Below are positions 38,400 to 51,277 of a DNA stretch of 64,000 nucleotides, one piece after another. This stretch comes from Epiperipatus broadwayi. Taxonomy: Eukaryota > Animalia > Onychophora. The stretch spans positions 24,428,001 to 24,492,000 of the forward strand of contig JAQFVV010000002.1 of assembly GCA_028023455.1 (NCBI GenBank), given 5' to 3'. A program made the translations under genes and the position numbers. The notes under the pieces are model-generated. The model saw only the letters and a list, made by a program, of their open reading frames with translations. It had not been told where the DNA came from and did not search any database. Position 1 is the first letter of the stretch, and every line of letters begins with the position of its first letter.

Positions 38400-39800
38400 C
38401 TTCTTAGCGAAACAACAATTTAATAGCAACGTTTAGTGGCTTATACTATAAAATCTTAGATGGTTAACTTATGGGTCTTCCACTGAGAGATGCTATCTCC
38501 AACCTATATATGAACTATTTTTGAAAAACAAATCATACCACAATACTGTGAGAACTATCCAAACCTCATTTATGCAAGATACGACTACATCTATATTACA
38601 GCTCCACAATCTGTTATCCAAGAAATTAAAATCAATTTATAAAATCATTCTGCACTATGATTAACCATATAATCTGAGGACTCCATACAATACCCCAAAT
38701 ACCTTGACTTAATAATACAAAGAAATTGCTCCACCTTGATTACACCATGCATATTAAATCATTCGAAGTGACTTCACGCACCCTAGATCCATCACACCAC
38801 TGGCTCACAAACTTGCGGATTATCATCCTTTCTATCTTGTAATCAAATGTTGTGGAAATACGAAGCCTCCCGGAAAACCAACCTAAAAGCATACACCAAA
38901 GATCTCATTTCATTCAGATTTAGCAACAGCCTCGTAAAAAACAAAATAAGACACTTTAAAAAAACATCAACTCCACCTCCCTCTTTGTCAATAGATCATA
39001 GTTTCTCTTCCTATACATTCCCTCTCTCATTAAAACTTACAAGAAAGCTATTTTCATCTACGTATCACTTGGCTACCGCATCCCCCCTCCCCTCTTTTCC
39101 TCTAATAGACTTTTAAAAAGACTCGAGAGACAAACTAGAACTTGCTCTCATCCAGTGAGCTATTTATAAAATCCAATGCCCCACACCGGGTTAATTCAAC
39201 TTATTTTGGCGAATCTTGTGCATCACTTGCAATTCGTTTATCTCACAACACCAATACACTTACAATAAAGCAACCACCAAACCATGAGGTATAAATCAGT
39301 ATTTTTCGACCACCAAAAATTGACCAGACATGTGTTCACACCAACCACTGCAACTATTCAGTAGACCGAGGCAACTCACGACGAAAAATTAGAGCATAGT
39401 TTATAGCTACCCCCCCCCCAGCTATTAATCGAAAAGACTCATTCTTCCTCCTTGCCAAAAAATGGGCTTTATAACACTAATTAACATCCAACAATTTCAT
39501 GCAAATTTAAATTTCTACATAATCACAATATACTACCCCACCATATCACAATTTTATCGCGGCTAGAAATATGAAAGCATCAGCTTTGTAAAGTACTTAG
39601 CGTATCACCAACTCTAAAGCTCAAACTTTTCTTTAGCTGCGTACTAGCGCAATACTCATCAATTATTTTAATTAAAGCGAAGAATAATCATACGTTATAT
39701 ATCAATATGCAGTGAATTATCTGTATATGTCTTCACATATGCATACCGAAACATACACCGATATATATAATCTTATATTGTTTTTTCATGTATTTAAAAC
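38400..39800 (+). mobile_element. Degenerate Penelope-like element (RT C-terminal half plus GIY-YIG endonuclease)
   Basis: LMGLPL..AISNLYMNYFEKQI...LIYARY (RT motifs B and C) and KYLDLIIQR. These are followed by IYKIQCP...STYFGESCASLAIRLSH and RRKIRA*FI...PAIN (GIY-YIG signature). A degenerate CGAAAC core lies at 39747. Confidence 0.8.
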
Positions 39801-40639
39801 TAATAAATAAAAATGTTTTTAATATTCTTACATTTTTTAATTAAAAATTATTCTTATACTAAATATCAGCAGTTAAAAAATTTACCGCTACAGCATTGTA
39901 AAAAAAGATGAAATTTTAATTTTCCAACCAATAAGTGATCATCACAAAATCAACTTCGTCTCTTGCCTAATAACACATAGTTAAGACTATGAATAATAAT
40001 GTAATTTAACTTAGATATTGTATGTTTTATGCACTTTTAATTGTCATGAAGAAAAAATTATGCTTTTGTTTTTGCTTTTTTCTTCTTAATGTATAGAATG
40101 CTAATTATTTTTTAAATATTATTAATGTTTTTATAACTTGGATTAAATTTCCTTAAAATCAAAATTTCAATTGTAAAATAATGTACTTTTTGTCTATTGT
40201 AAAATACTATATATTTTTTATTAATTAATTAATTTGTATCTTAAAAAAATATCAAATATTTATATCATTAATAAATAATACATCTACATGTATACATACA
40301 GATTTAAAACGATGCAGTACTAAACAGTATTCAATTTTAGCCATATTACAACTGTTAGCAAATACAGTTAAATATAGCATATATTACTATCCCGTGAATC
40401 CATATTATTTGGAAACAAATGCCAGTTATCGCATTTCACTTGGAATAAATATGGGCAAAAAAAAAAAATCCCTTTAAATATCTCACTGTAGGACAAAGGT
40501 CTGTCCATTAGCCCTCAGATGAACAGCCCTTTACTATTCTAAAAAGGTAATGCCCCTTTACCGACCAATATTAGGTAATTAGCTAAATTAGTTCCATATC
40601 ATCTTCCTAATTAAATAAAATCTTAAGCTTGATTATAAT

Positions 40640-42330
40640 CTGGAAAAATATTACTGGCAAGATTCAAACTAGGTCATAAATATAACTGGAATATATATCC
40701 TTTCATTGGATTATGAGGTCCATTTACATATGTAATAACATTCTTATTCAATGTATGTAATAACATACATATAATAATGCTATAAAGCACCAACACATTC
40801 TCTTTAGATATTTAAAAATTAGCAATAAAATACAAAGGGTGAATACTAAAATCTTATTAGTTTTAAAAAGATTTTTCTTCTGTTGAAACACGCCCTCAGC
40901 TTTAAAACCAAATAGAGAAAACAATGATTAAAAAAAAAACAACATTGCCCAATATCATTATTATATACTCCTTCAAACTATTTCAAAGAATCTCATTAGA
41001 AAAAATTTGCAAATATCTGACAGTCATCTTCCTATAGAACTAGTGGTTTAGGCCCGGAGAAAACAGTTATCAAGGAGTTTTAACTAGAACAATTCACACT
41101 GAAAAAGGTTATTAAAATAAGTTAAAAACTAATGCTACTTTTATTGATCTAATTTCAGCTTATGATTCTCTTTGAAAAATTATTTTCTAAAAGTTTCTAA
41201 TATCATTAAATGCAGGAAAATCATTCATTCGCTTGATAAAATGCTAGAAAAAGTAAAATGGCACTAAATGATAGTATATGCAAAATTTTGCAAAACATTC
41301 TAGTGGACAGTTCAGTTTTATCAACTACTCTATTTAACATATTCAACAGTGATTTTCCAGATGCAGAAATTAATCTATGCTGATGATACTGATTTGATTC
41401 AATAAAAAAATTCTTTTCCAGAAATAAGTTTCTTAGTAGAACATAAAATTGTCAAAATATTTTTCAAAGATTAAGGTATTATACCCAATAACAAAGATTT
41501 TCTTCTAAACAACAGAGAAACAACCCATAATTTGAATATTAATATTTTACAACAACAAACTGAAATACAATCCTACCCCATGCTATTTAACCTTGAATCA
41601 TAATATAACCTATTTTCATCATTTATTTAAAGTTTGATCAAAAATAATTTCCAGGAATACCCATTCTGAAAAGCTGGATGGCAACTTTACATAGTTTCCT
41701 GAGCACTAGCACGTTCTTCTGGAGAATATTAAATCAAATTCACAAAAGAATACAAATGCGACTCAAAAAAAAAGTAAAGGAAAAACCATAACCTTTAATT
41801 ATAGTAAATAGATTGTGTAGTTAAAAGATCACATTAAACTTCTGGATAAACAATTGAATATTACCATGAGAAATATTAAGGGTATAATGGCTTCCTGTTT
41901 CTTCATATATTCCTTTATCAGATATCAGAAGTTGTCTCGATTCATCAATAATGCAAGATACAGTTTCAACATCAAAAATTTGCCTTAATTAAATCAAGAT
42001 AATATTTCTAGAAGTTCAATCAAGAATCTACAACTAAAGAACTGATATAGATATGAAAATAAATTCTTATGAAGTTCCAAACAAGTTTCCTTTTTTATAC
42101 CCAAAAACAAGACCAACTGGATTTTATCTTTCTAGATGTAATTAAAATCTCATCAATAAATTCAAGACAATGCATCCATGTGCTTCATAAATCAAATTTA
42201 ACAGCTACTAATTCATAGAGATTTCCATGAACACAAATTATGAATGACATAATTAAGGGATAACAAATCTATGCCTACAGTACCAGAACCTATCTTATGA
42301 GTGAAATCTCAACTGGTTCCATTATGATGT
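40640..42330 (+). mobile_element. Degenerate Vingi/Ingi-like LINE (RT and C-terminal region)
   Basis: KLKTNATFIDLISAYDSL (RT motif A), YADD at about 41375, LDKQLNITMRNIKG and HKSNL; many stops and frameshifts. Confidence 0.75.
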
Positions 42331-42622
42331 TTTGATAATAGTTAAGATATCTTTTTAAAAACAAATCCATAAATTAAATAAATAATCCTCTCAGTATCAT
42401 TACCCACAATTCAGAAATTAGCACAAGCTTATATATGTAAGATAAGCGATAATTTCTATTATTTGGAAGTATGGAACATGTCATAAATGTATTAAATGTA
42501 CACATGCATGAATACATTTCTATGTAGACAGGGATTTTAATTATTTCTTTTTTTTGGCCCAATAAGGTTGTCTGATATCTGTATAAAGTGGGTAATAATG
42601 TTTATATGTTATTATTTGAATA

Positions 42623-43714
42623 CACCTGGGTCATGTTTCATGCGATAGATAGGTTCCTCAGAAAACAAGCGCAAACGAAATCGTGCAAAAATAGACGTAA
42701 CTTACATTGAAAAAGGGGGGATGCGGTCTGTGATTTTTCAAAATTCGCATAAAATCAAAGCACCAACATAAAATTACTTTAAAATTCGTGCAAAAAAAAA
42801 ATAAGAAAATAAAATATGACTAATAAAAAATTTCAAATTTGAAAAAAATTGATACTAGACAAACTTTTTTTAACTATAATATTTAATTTTATTCAAAATA
42901 ATATATTTTTATGCATAATTTCCAGTACAGTAATTTACATTTTTTTATACACGTTTTAATTATTATCGCTATTTGCGAAAAACACATTCGTTTGCAAACT
43001 GAGGAAATACAACTAGCGCCAACTTCACACTCATGTTGTGTCTATGGTTTTCTGGTGACAACGTAATTAATAATTAATCTTTGAGATGATGATTTTATTA
43101 ATTGTTTATAAAACTAACAACTAAAAATTAAATTCTTATTTTTGTCTTTAATTTTTTAATTTTCAATTCCGTTTAAAAATCAAATTTCACATCACATTAA
43201 TTTCAAGTCGCCAAGTAATTTTTAAATTGTTAATTACAATTAAAAATCAGATTTTAATTTTTAATTGTCAAATTTAATTGTGCCCACTGCTATTACTCAC
43301 CTTTTAAAAATAAACTTGTGGACACTAAATGATTAATACTGTAATTGATTACATTCTTTTTTAAAAAGCAAAAACAGAATGTGATTTAAAATGCAAAATT
43401 AACACGCACAATGTTTGAACAAATTTACATTATAATCTTGTAAAATTTAATATGTGTATACATAAACTGTGGAAATCATGATTTTAATTTCATTATTGCA
43501 TAAAATCTTACTATTATAAAGCACTGAAAATATTGAAATTACTAAGATGAAAGTCGAATTCCAATAATGTGCCATTACTTTCACTATAACGTAAGTGCGC
43601 GAAATTTATTATTTAAAGTAATAGCGCATTATTTTAGTTTGACTTCCGGTGAAACATGAATCGCGTAACTTCAAAATCGTGTTAAATAAGTCTGCGTAAA
43701 AAGAGACCCAGGTG
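42623..43714 (-). mobile_element. Second copy of the Tigger-like non-autonomous element, with a larger internal deletion
   Basis: TA|CACCTGGGTC ... GAGACCCAGGTG|TA; colinear with 3504-4854 but lacking most of the transposase remnant. Confidence 0.9.
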
Positions 43715-43784
43715 TATATGAAATGTGTAAAAACATGATTTCAATTGTATTTGTCTGTTGCAATTAATAAATTAATATATATAT

Positions 43785-45952
43785 TGTAACGATCCGGAGA
43801 AAGGTACTTAACGTATATCTGCACTACGGGGCGCCATCTAGGCATTTGAACCTAGAAAAATTTATAAAGTAGGCAGATACGTAAGTCAAAAAAAAAAAAT
43901 TTTTTTTTAAATATTTTGGTTCCGGTCGTTAGCCCATGTCACTAGCTCAGTGGAATAGCAGAGATTAAATAATATAATATCTTATCTAATTAGATTTCAA
44001 CATTAAAAAATAAATAAAATAAGCCACTGCCAGTAATTAGCATACAAACATTTATTTATGCACATATATATAAGATTTAAAATTATTTTAGTATTAGTTT
44101 TACATTTTAACATTATTTTTAACTTTGATTTTTGACTTTAATTTACATTTAATTACTATTATATTCTAATTTTACATTTTTATTAAGTTCGCACAGATAA
44201 ATTTATGAAAGCTTGTTTATAATGTTGAATATAGATCGGTTACATAGATTTCACGGTCAAAAACATTTCAAAGTAAACATAAACGATCAAAATACAAAAT
44301 TATTGATTACTGACAATTGCGGAGGGAAATTTATACGTAACCCAATAGTATTCACCATAAGATACTTGCATTGTCACCAATAACTTAAAAGACATCCGAA
44401 TAAATACATTTTAGATACTCACCGTAAGGTATCATTATTTATCGAATGTCTATATATTTTGATCAAATATGAAACCCAAAACATACTTAACCGATCCAAT
44501 CCATGCAAGCGTCTATAAACAACTTAAATTTACTGCATTTTTATTTAGGGTCGAGTATGAATAGACCACATAAATTTGCTTTTGAAAATAAACATTCTAT
44601 CCCTATTTAACCTTAGGCTATAATTCGTAGTCAAACTGGCATCAATTCATCTGATATATCGATGTATTCAATGTAATAAAATACGGCAGCACAAAAGGTT
44701 AAGAGAAGAAATTGCCTCTTATGAGATAGGAATATTACATCTATCTGCAAAGAAGAGCAATAAAACAAAAAAACTCCATAGAAAGGAACTGCGGTATCCG
44801 ACTTATCATTCCTTCCATAGGCAAACGGAAGTGTGCGGCGTATGAAGCGATTCTGCCCGTAGCGAATCAATATTACATCTACTACTCACACCAATATATC
44901 CAATCCATTGACCCAATTTAACCACGAAACAAATAACCTAAGATTACCCTCCCCTAATATAACTTTACAAATCTATACAGCCATTCACGCCCGACTTAAG
45001 TTTAACATTTATATAATTAATTTAACGAAAAACAAAAAAAATCATGATAAAAACTTAAAGAATAAAAAATAAATAAATGGAAATGATTTTACATAAATAA
45101 GAAAAAAAATACATCAAATAACACTATTAATAAAGAATTTAGTTTGGTCAGATAGGATTCTATTTGTAACAATTAAATACTAGGAAAGTTTAAAATTTAA
45201 AGTTCTTAGTGTTTTCAAATTAATATTGTTCGTTATATCTTAGAAAGTTCTTACGGTTTTAGAAATGTTCATCTTTTACAATTGCTTGCCGTTTGAAATC
45301 CAGCGTTAAATTTCCCGATGATCCTGTGGTCCTCTGAATATAAGAAAAGCGATGTTTCATTTTTCCATTTTATAACAACTGAAGGGATTGAACATGCATC
45401 CTTCAATCTCTTCTCCCGCACCTCCGCACTAACATCTATCTGTCACATCGTAATAATCATAATAACCCTAATAATTTTCAACCATGTCCTTTTATATTCA
45501 TTTGAAGGATTGCATTTACATTACGTCATCGATGCGATGATCCTTTTCGTTGAGGTCCGATTTCCCAATGGATTTATTTCATTTGCTAAAAGTTTCTATT
45601 GTTTTCCTCTCTGACCGATGTTTTTACATTTAAATGCCCAAGGCTGGTTTACATTTAACTAATTAACAATCATTTCCATTTCTGATTAATTAACCTGTTT
45701 TCCAAATCAAAGATATATTTTTATCTCTAAATCTTTTTAAGTTTTTGTTTTAAAATACCTTTTCTATTTTTAATACAGTTTTATTTTAATAATTTTTTTT
45801 ATCTGTGCGATTTAATATATACGAGTTTAAGATGATATTTAATTTCAATTTTTAATTCTTAAAGAAAATTTTTAAATGCGAACTTTTTAATTTACTTTCA
45901 TGTTTAATAAATAAATAAAAAAACAATGTAACGAACGTCTGTGCTCGTTACA
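43785..45952. mobile_element. TG...CA element with 8-bp terminal inverted repeats and ATAT TSD (LTR-retrotransposon remnant or Ginger-like)
   Basis: ATAT|TGTAACGA ... TCGTTACA|ATAT. The interior is richer in CpG than the flanks, with a possible frameshifted zinc-knuckle and protease-like trace on the minus strand at about 45400-45660. Confidence 0.55.
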
Positions 45953-46577
45953 ATATATATATACACACATGCAAGACTGAAACTAATTAATTTCTACTTT
46001 CATGGATACAATACGAGACATGTTTCATTGTTTATTTTTTATGAATAGACAGTTACTTAATATCTAACGAATGCTACTGAAATTAAAAGCACATATAATT
46101 TATTTACAAGTTTAACATATAATTATTATTTAATCATAATTTTGACACACAAAAAAAACTTAAATGCAATTTGTAAATAAAAAAATGTTCAAAATTAATT
46201 TGAATTAAGGTTCTACAAATAACTATAACTTTCAGTATAATATTAGTTTCATTTATGCCTCAGATTTTTCCATTACTACTAATAATAATTCTTCCTGCTA
46301 TTATATCATGCAGAAATTGTATAATATAAATGTATTTAGTTGGACAATCAGTTAATTTCAAATAATGCACAAATTTTTTTAAAGTGAATTAAATGATTTG
46401 CCCAAAATAAAAATAATAAATAAATCAAATCTTTGCTTAGGATCTTCTATTTGAATTTATTTGATAATAAAAAAAAACACATTTATATAGCTTCTCGATT
46501 CTCTTAAACGTTGGGTCTCTGGTGATCAATCTTCGATGAACCATTCTTAATAAATTCTGTAGTGGATAACAAATGAT

Positions 46578-46762
46578 ATATATATAGAGAGAGAGCTTTC
46601 AAAATAAGCTCTTAACAAGCTTTGAGAATATCCCCAACCCCAGACCGGTTTCTGCTACCAGCATCAACGCTTGTTAAGAGCTTATTTTGCAGCTCTATAT
46701 ATAATATTTGTAAATACAAGCTTATTAAATTAGGTCATGTGACATCTGACTTGATTTCTTTG
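46578..46762 (-). mobile_element. ATCACATGACC-family fold-back with a hammerhead 3' half in the loop
   Basis: Arms at about 46592-46620 and 46669-46696; the loop (minus) reads AGAAACCGGTCTGGGG; GGTCATGTGAC terminus at 46733; 11-bp direct repeat TAACAAATGAT at 46567-46577 and 46763-46773. Confidence 0.7.
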
Positions 46763-47905
46763 TAACAAATGATGTTCAACAATAACTGCTTCTTAAAATC
46801 TCTTTTAACTTTAATAAATAAAAGAATCTTAAAGATCAAATGGCAAAGTTTCATAAATTTTAATGTTTCTAAAATTTTCCAATAGTTTTGAAGCCAATTC
46901 ATATTTTAAAGCTTTTCCAGCTATCTGATCAACATTTGCAGCTTTCCACTTTTAAAATTATTAACAGCTGTTTTACTTTTATTAAAATGAATATGCTTGA
47001 TTAAATATAAATAAATAGCTGAATTGGCATATTATTAAGGGCACTCAAAAGCTGTCAAAAAATGATCTTTTAACTACTCAAAATTTCAGCATTTTCAAAT
47101 AAAAGATTGACATGTGTGGATTAATATGATTATATTAGTTTTCATATGCTATCTTCATCAACACCACCATCACTATTAGCAAATATTCATAAAGTAGTCA
47201 TTCTAACACCAGAAATTATAATAAAACCAAAAAAGACAATGAATACAAATTAAGGATGTTTGTAATCATTATTTAAGCCAAACTGCAGATCACAAAAATG
47301 TCCATATATATTGTAAAAAAACAGTTCTCTAATCTCTGTGACATACCTTGAATACTATCTTCAATGCATGAAACCGATCTAGACTGACCATAATCATTAA
47401 AGAGCTATTTGCTTCCCTTTTCTTCATTTGCATTGTTTAAAATCTAATACGTTTACATATAAACTTTGCAAGTTGTTAATGCATTTGTTTGTATTGATAA
47501 TGATTTCTTATTTTATTTCTAATATCTATAAAGTTTATAAATTGAGCTGATTTTATGTCAAGCCTTTTTATAGTTCTGTTATGTTATTTTTCTGCTTATT
47601 TTCATAGATTTCATTGCATTTTCAATATATGTATATTACATTTCGGATACTCAGTTTTATATACTATATCAATTTTTTGTTATATAACTGTTAAATATTA
47701 ACTCAGTTTTATATACTATATCAATTTTTTGTTATATAACTGTTAAATATTAAATTCAGGCTTTCCCAAACATCAAAAACAAAACTATTATAAGCATTTT
47801 TTTTCTTAATACATGAAATTGGGATTGATTTAATATTGCAATGGTATATTTAAATAAATGTTTAGAATTGGCCATCTTCTCTTTCAAGCATTGTTAATAA
47901 TTAAT

Positions 47906-48131
47906 ATTAATATCATTTATGTTCTTTATTACTTTTTACAATGCTTTTTACAACCCACTATTGATGGTTTCGATTGCTCCAGCAATCTCCTTCAGAACTT
48001 CTAGTTATATTTCCAAATCTTAACTCAAAACTGTCAATAATGGGTTGTAAAAAAGCATTGTAAAAACTAAGAAAGAAAATAAATGATATTAATATTATAT
48101 GGATTTGGCAATGAAATAAGAAAGATAGTTA
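47906..48131 (-). mobile_element. Fold-back with a near-intact hammerhead core in the loop
   Basis: Arms at about 47905-47962 and 48035-48098; minus 47995-47963 reads CTGAAGG A GATTGC TGGA GCAATC GAAAC CATC; TAATAATTAAT direct repeat at 47895-47905 and 48132-48142. Confidence 0.65.
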
Positions 48132-48182
48132 TAATAATTAATCATATAATAAAGAAATATCATCAAAAATGGAAATAATGAA

Positions 48183-49279
48183 TTCCAATATGTTGTTTCT
48201 TCATAGAAATTACACCAACAACAAAAAAATCATATAAAACAGCTAATATATATATATGTTAATCATACATAAAAAGCCTTTTTCGGCGCATGTTTAAGTG
48301 CCCTTTTTAAAAGTTTTAATCTATTATAATATTAACAAATTCTTATATATACAACACCATTTAGTGTTCCATAACAGAAGTAAAACAACAACAATAACAA
48401 AAATAAAACTTTAGTAAAATAGGGTAAAACCTTCATATAGAGATCCAATATAACTTCCAAAAAAAAATTGACTATATTACATAACAAATACAAAACTATT
48501 AATATATGTATTATACAACTTTATATATATTGTCTTACATAATTTTCCATTACTAAATTTATAAAAGTTTTGTAAATATTCATACTATTATTTATGTTTA
48601 ATGGAATAAGTTTCATATTTTGTCTTCTCTGTGGATTTTTAATATAATTTAAAGATTTATTTTTGTTAACATCTATTTTATGTCCAGATATTAAATAATG
48701 AATATATAAAGCAAAACTTATCATGTCATCTAACAATGCAATTATGAGATGCAAATTCTGCTTTATATATTCATTACTAAACCCATGGACATAAAATTGT
48801 TGCTACAAAAATATCAAACCTTTAAATTATATTAAAAATCCAAAGAAAAGACAAATATATGAAACATATTGCATTAAACATAAATTAAAATAATTGTATG
48901 ACTATTTACAAAACTTCTATAAATTTAGTTAACAATTGGTAATGAATGGAAAATTATGTAAGACAATATATATATAAAATTGTATAATACATGCATTAAT
49001 TGTTTTGTAAATTGTTATGTTATACAGTCAATTTTTTTTCCTTGAAGTTATATTCGATCTCTATATGAAGGTTTTATTCTATTTTACTAATGTTTTATTT
49101 TTGTTACCGTTTTACTTCTATTATGGAACACTAGATGGTGTTGTATATGTGACAATTCGTTAATGTTATAACAGATTATAACATCTGAAAAGATCACTAA
49201 AATGTGCCAAAAAAGGGTTTTTATGTATGATCAATATATATTTATACTAGCTGTTTTATATGATTTTTGTTGTTGTTGG
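48183..49279. mobile_element. About 1.07-kb imperfect fold-back (arms about 510 bp, loop about 45 nt)
   Basis: 48208-48710 is the reverse complement of 48757-49282 throughout (for example CTTCATATAGAGATC versus GATCTCTATATGAAG, and GAATATATAAAGCA versus TGCTTTATATATTC); AATAATGAA direct repeat at 48174 and 49280. Confidence 0.85.
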
Positions 49280-50121
49280 AATAATGAAATAATAAACTGA
49301 TTAACAATATCAATTTTCTATTCTTTCTACGAAATTTCTATCAGCCAGCATTTTCATAATAAAATTTGCTTAATTTTATTGTTTGTTTTTTTTTTTTTTT
49401 TAGAAAACAGAAGTTAATGGTTAAAAGATTAATATCTCCATGATAATGAGTTCAATGCAAATTACTAAAAACTATTCCAAGTAAATTCAGGCAATCTTCT
49501 GATACTTCACCCACAGCTAAATACTTAACCAAAAGGACTGAAGAAAAAATAAAAATCATAAATCCTAAACAACACGAAGTCGATTAATCTGATGAACACA
49601 TGGAGAAAACTATTCTATAGTGGACTATCAAAGGAAATTATATTTTTATATAATAAAAATGTATATCATAAAAAAAAATGTTATAAAGTGATATACAATC
49701 TTTAGATTTAATTTGTCATCAAAACATTTGTGGGATTCATTATAATGTTATAATTTTAGGTTGCAATGAATTTCTAAAATGATAATATAAACATATATGT
49801 CAGTGTCCATGAATGATATAACTACAGGTATATAAATAACCATTCAAATGTACATATATCACTAAAGCATTTAACTAGAAATAAACTAAGATTTACTGAG
49901 ATGTTACATAAATGCCAATCACTAAAAATACATCCAATGAAATTAGCAAAGAAATACAATATGCACTTCTGCTATCATGATGAAGTAGATTGTAAGTGTA
50001 TATTTTTGCATTCCACTGGGCTTTTGTTAGACATTATGTTTAACTAAGTAAAAGGTATGTAAATATTCTATATCATATATTTCTAAGTTTAATGGTCATT
50101 TATTATAGAACTAATTAATAC

Positions 50122-50304
50122 CTTAATGACAATGTTGGGGAGCTGCTCTTTGAAACTTTGTAGCATATAATGTATAGAACTTTTACTATTCTCCGAAGGA
50201 TGCACTGTTATAATATTTTCTGAAACCACATGAACATTCTTAGGTTTCACTCTTAATTTTGATGAAATAATAGACAAGCAAATCGTATGGGCATTTACTT
50301 CCAA
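50122..50304 (-). CDS. POLR3A: RNA polymerase III largest subunit, internal coding exon
   Basis: ttttcag|LEVNAHTICLSIISSKLRVKPKNVHVVSENIITVHPSENSKSSIHYMLQSFKEQLPNIVIK|gtatta; 183 nt; overlaps the ORF-track entry 50089..50304. Confidence 0.95.
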
Positions 50305-50413
50305 CTGAAAAGTAAGATAAATACATACATATATACAACAAGTTAATTATTTTTTTAAAAAGAAAAAAATTATATAATATTTTAAAGATGTATTAAATTT
50401 TTTTATTATTTAC

Positions 50414-50500
50414 CTTTAACAGCTTTATCCGATCTAAATCTATTTTTATAAGAATAAAACAATCATCAGCTAAAAAAACTTCTTCTAAGTATTCTGAAAC
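50414..50500 (-). CDS. POLR3A: RNA polymerase III largest subunit, internal coding exon
   Basis: ttttaag|[29 protein letters not shown]|gtaaat; 87 nt, phase 0/0. Confidence 0.95.
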
Positions 50501-51277
50501 CTTAAAAAAAAAAAATTTACTTAAAAGTCTTTCTGTGTAATATTAAAAATTATAATATGATCAAGCATATATGCTACCTGAAATAAATATAACCTCAAAC
50601 GTTAAGAAATTTATAGCTACACTCTATGTGAATAAAGGTATTAGAGTCCACATCTCATAACAGCGAGTCCAAAAAAGAACCTGAAAATTTATTAATGTTT
50701 GAGGTAATTTGACATAAATAGTGTGTATATATTGCATTATAGGATCTAATAATTAGAGGAAATATAAAACATTAAAGTGATACCTATGAGCCTACAAAAA
50801 AAAAAACACATGAGAATTGAAGTCAGAAAAAATCACATAACAAATAAAAATAAAATAAAAGATTGGATATGTGGGGGTCACATAAGACATTATTAATAAA
50901 TTTATAAAATAATCTAAATTAAGAAATGTGATATTGTAAAATAAAAACTATACTGCTAACAGCAATATAGTACTTAAAATACAAATGTATACATAAAAAA
51001 TCATTCATTATACTAATCTATAAAGAAATCAATTACAACAAATTGGTCTTAATAAATAAGCTGAGTGGGAAGTAATTAAAATAATTAATATTTATTATAA
51101 TGCAAAAAAGAGAAATCACATTGGATATTTAATAGTGAACAAGTTATCATTGATAAAATTCATAAGTATTTCGAATATCATTTTATGTAATTATTACTGA
51201 ATTGAAATTTGGATATTCTAAAATAAATTTTTGCATGTTTATAAAACAGATAATTTATTTTTCTTTATTAATTTAAG

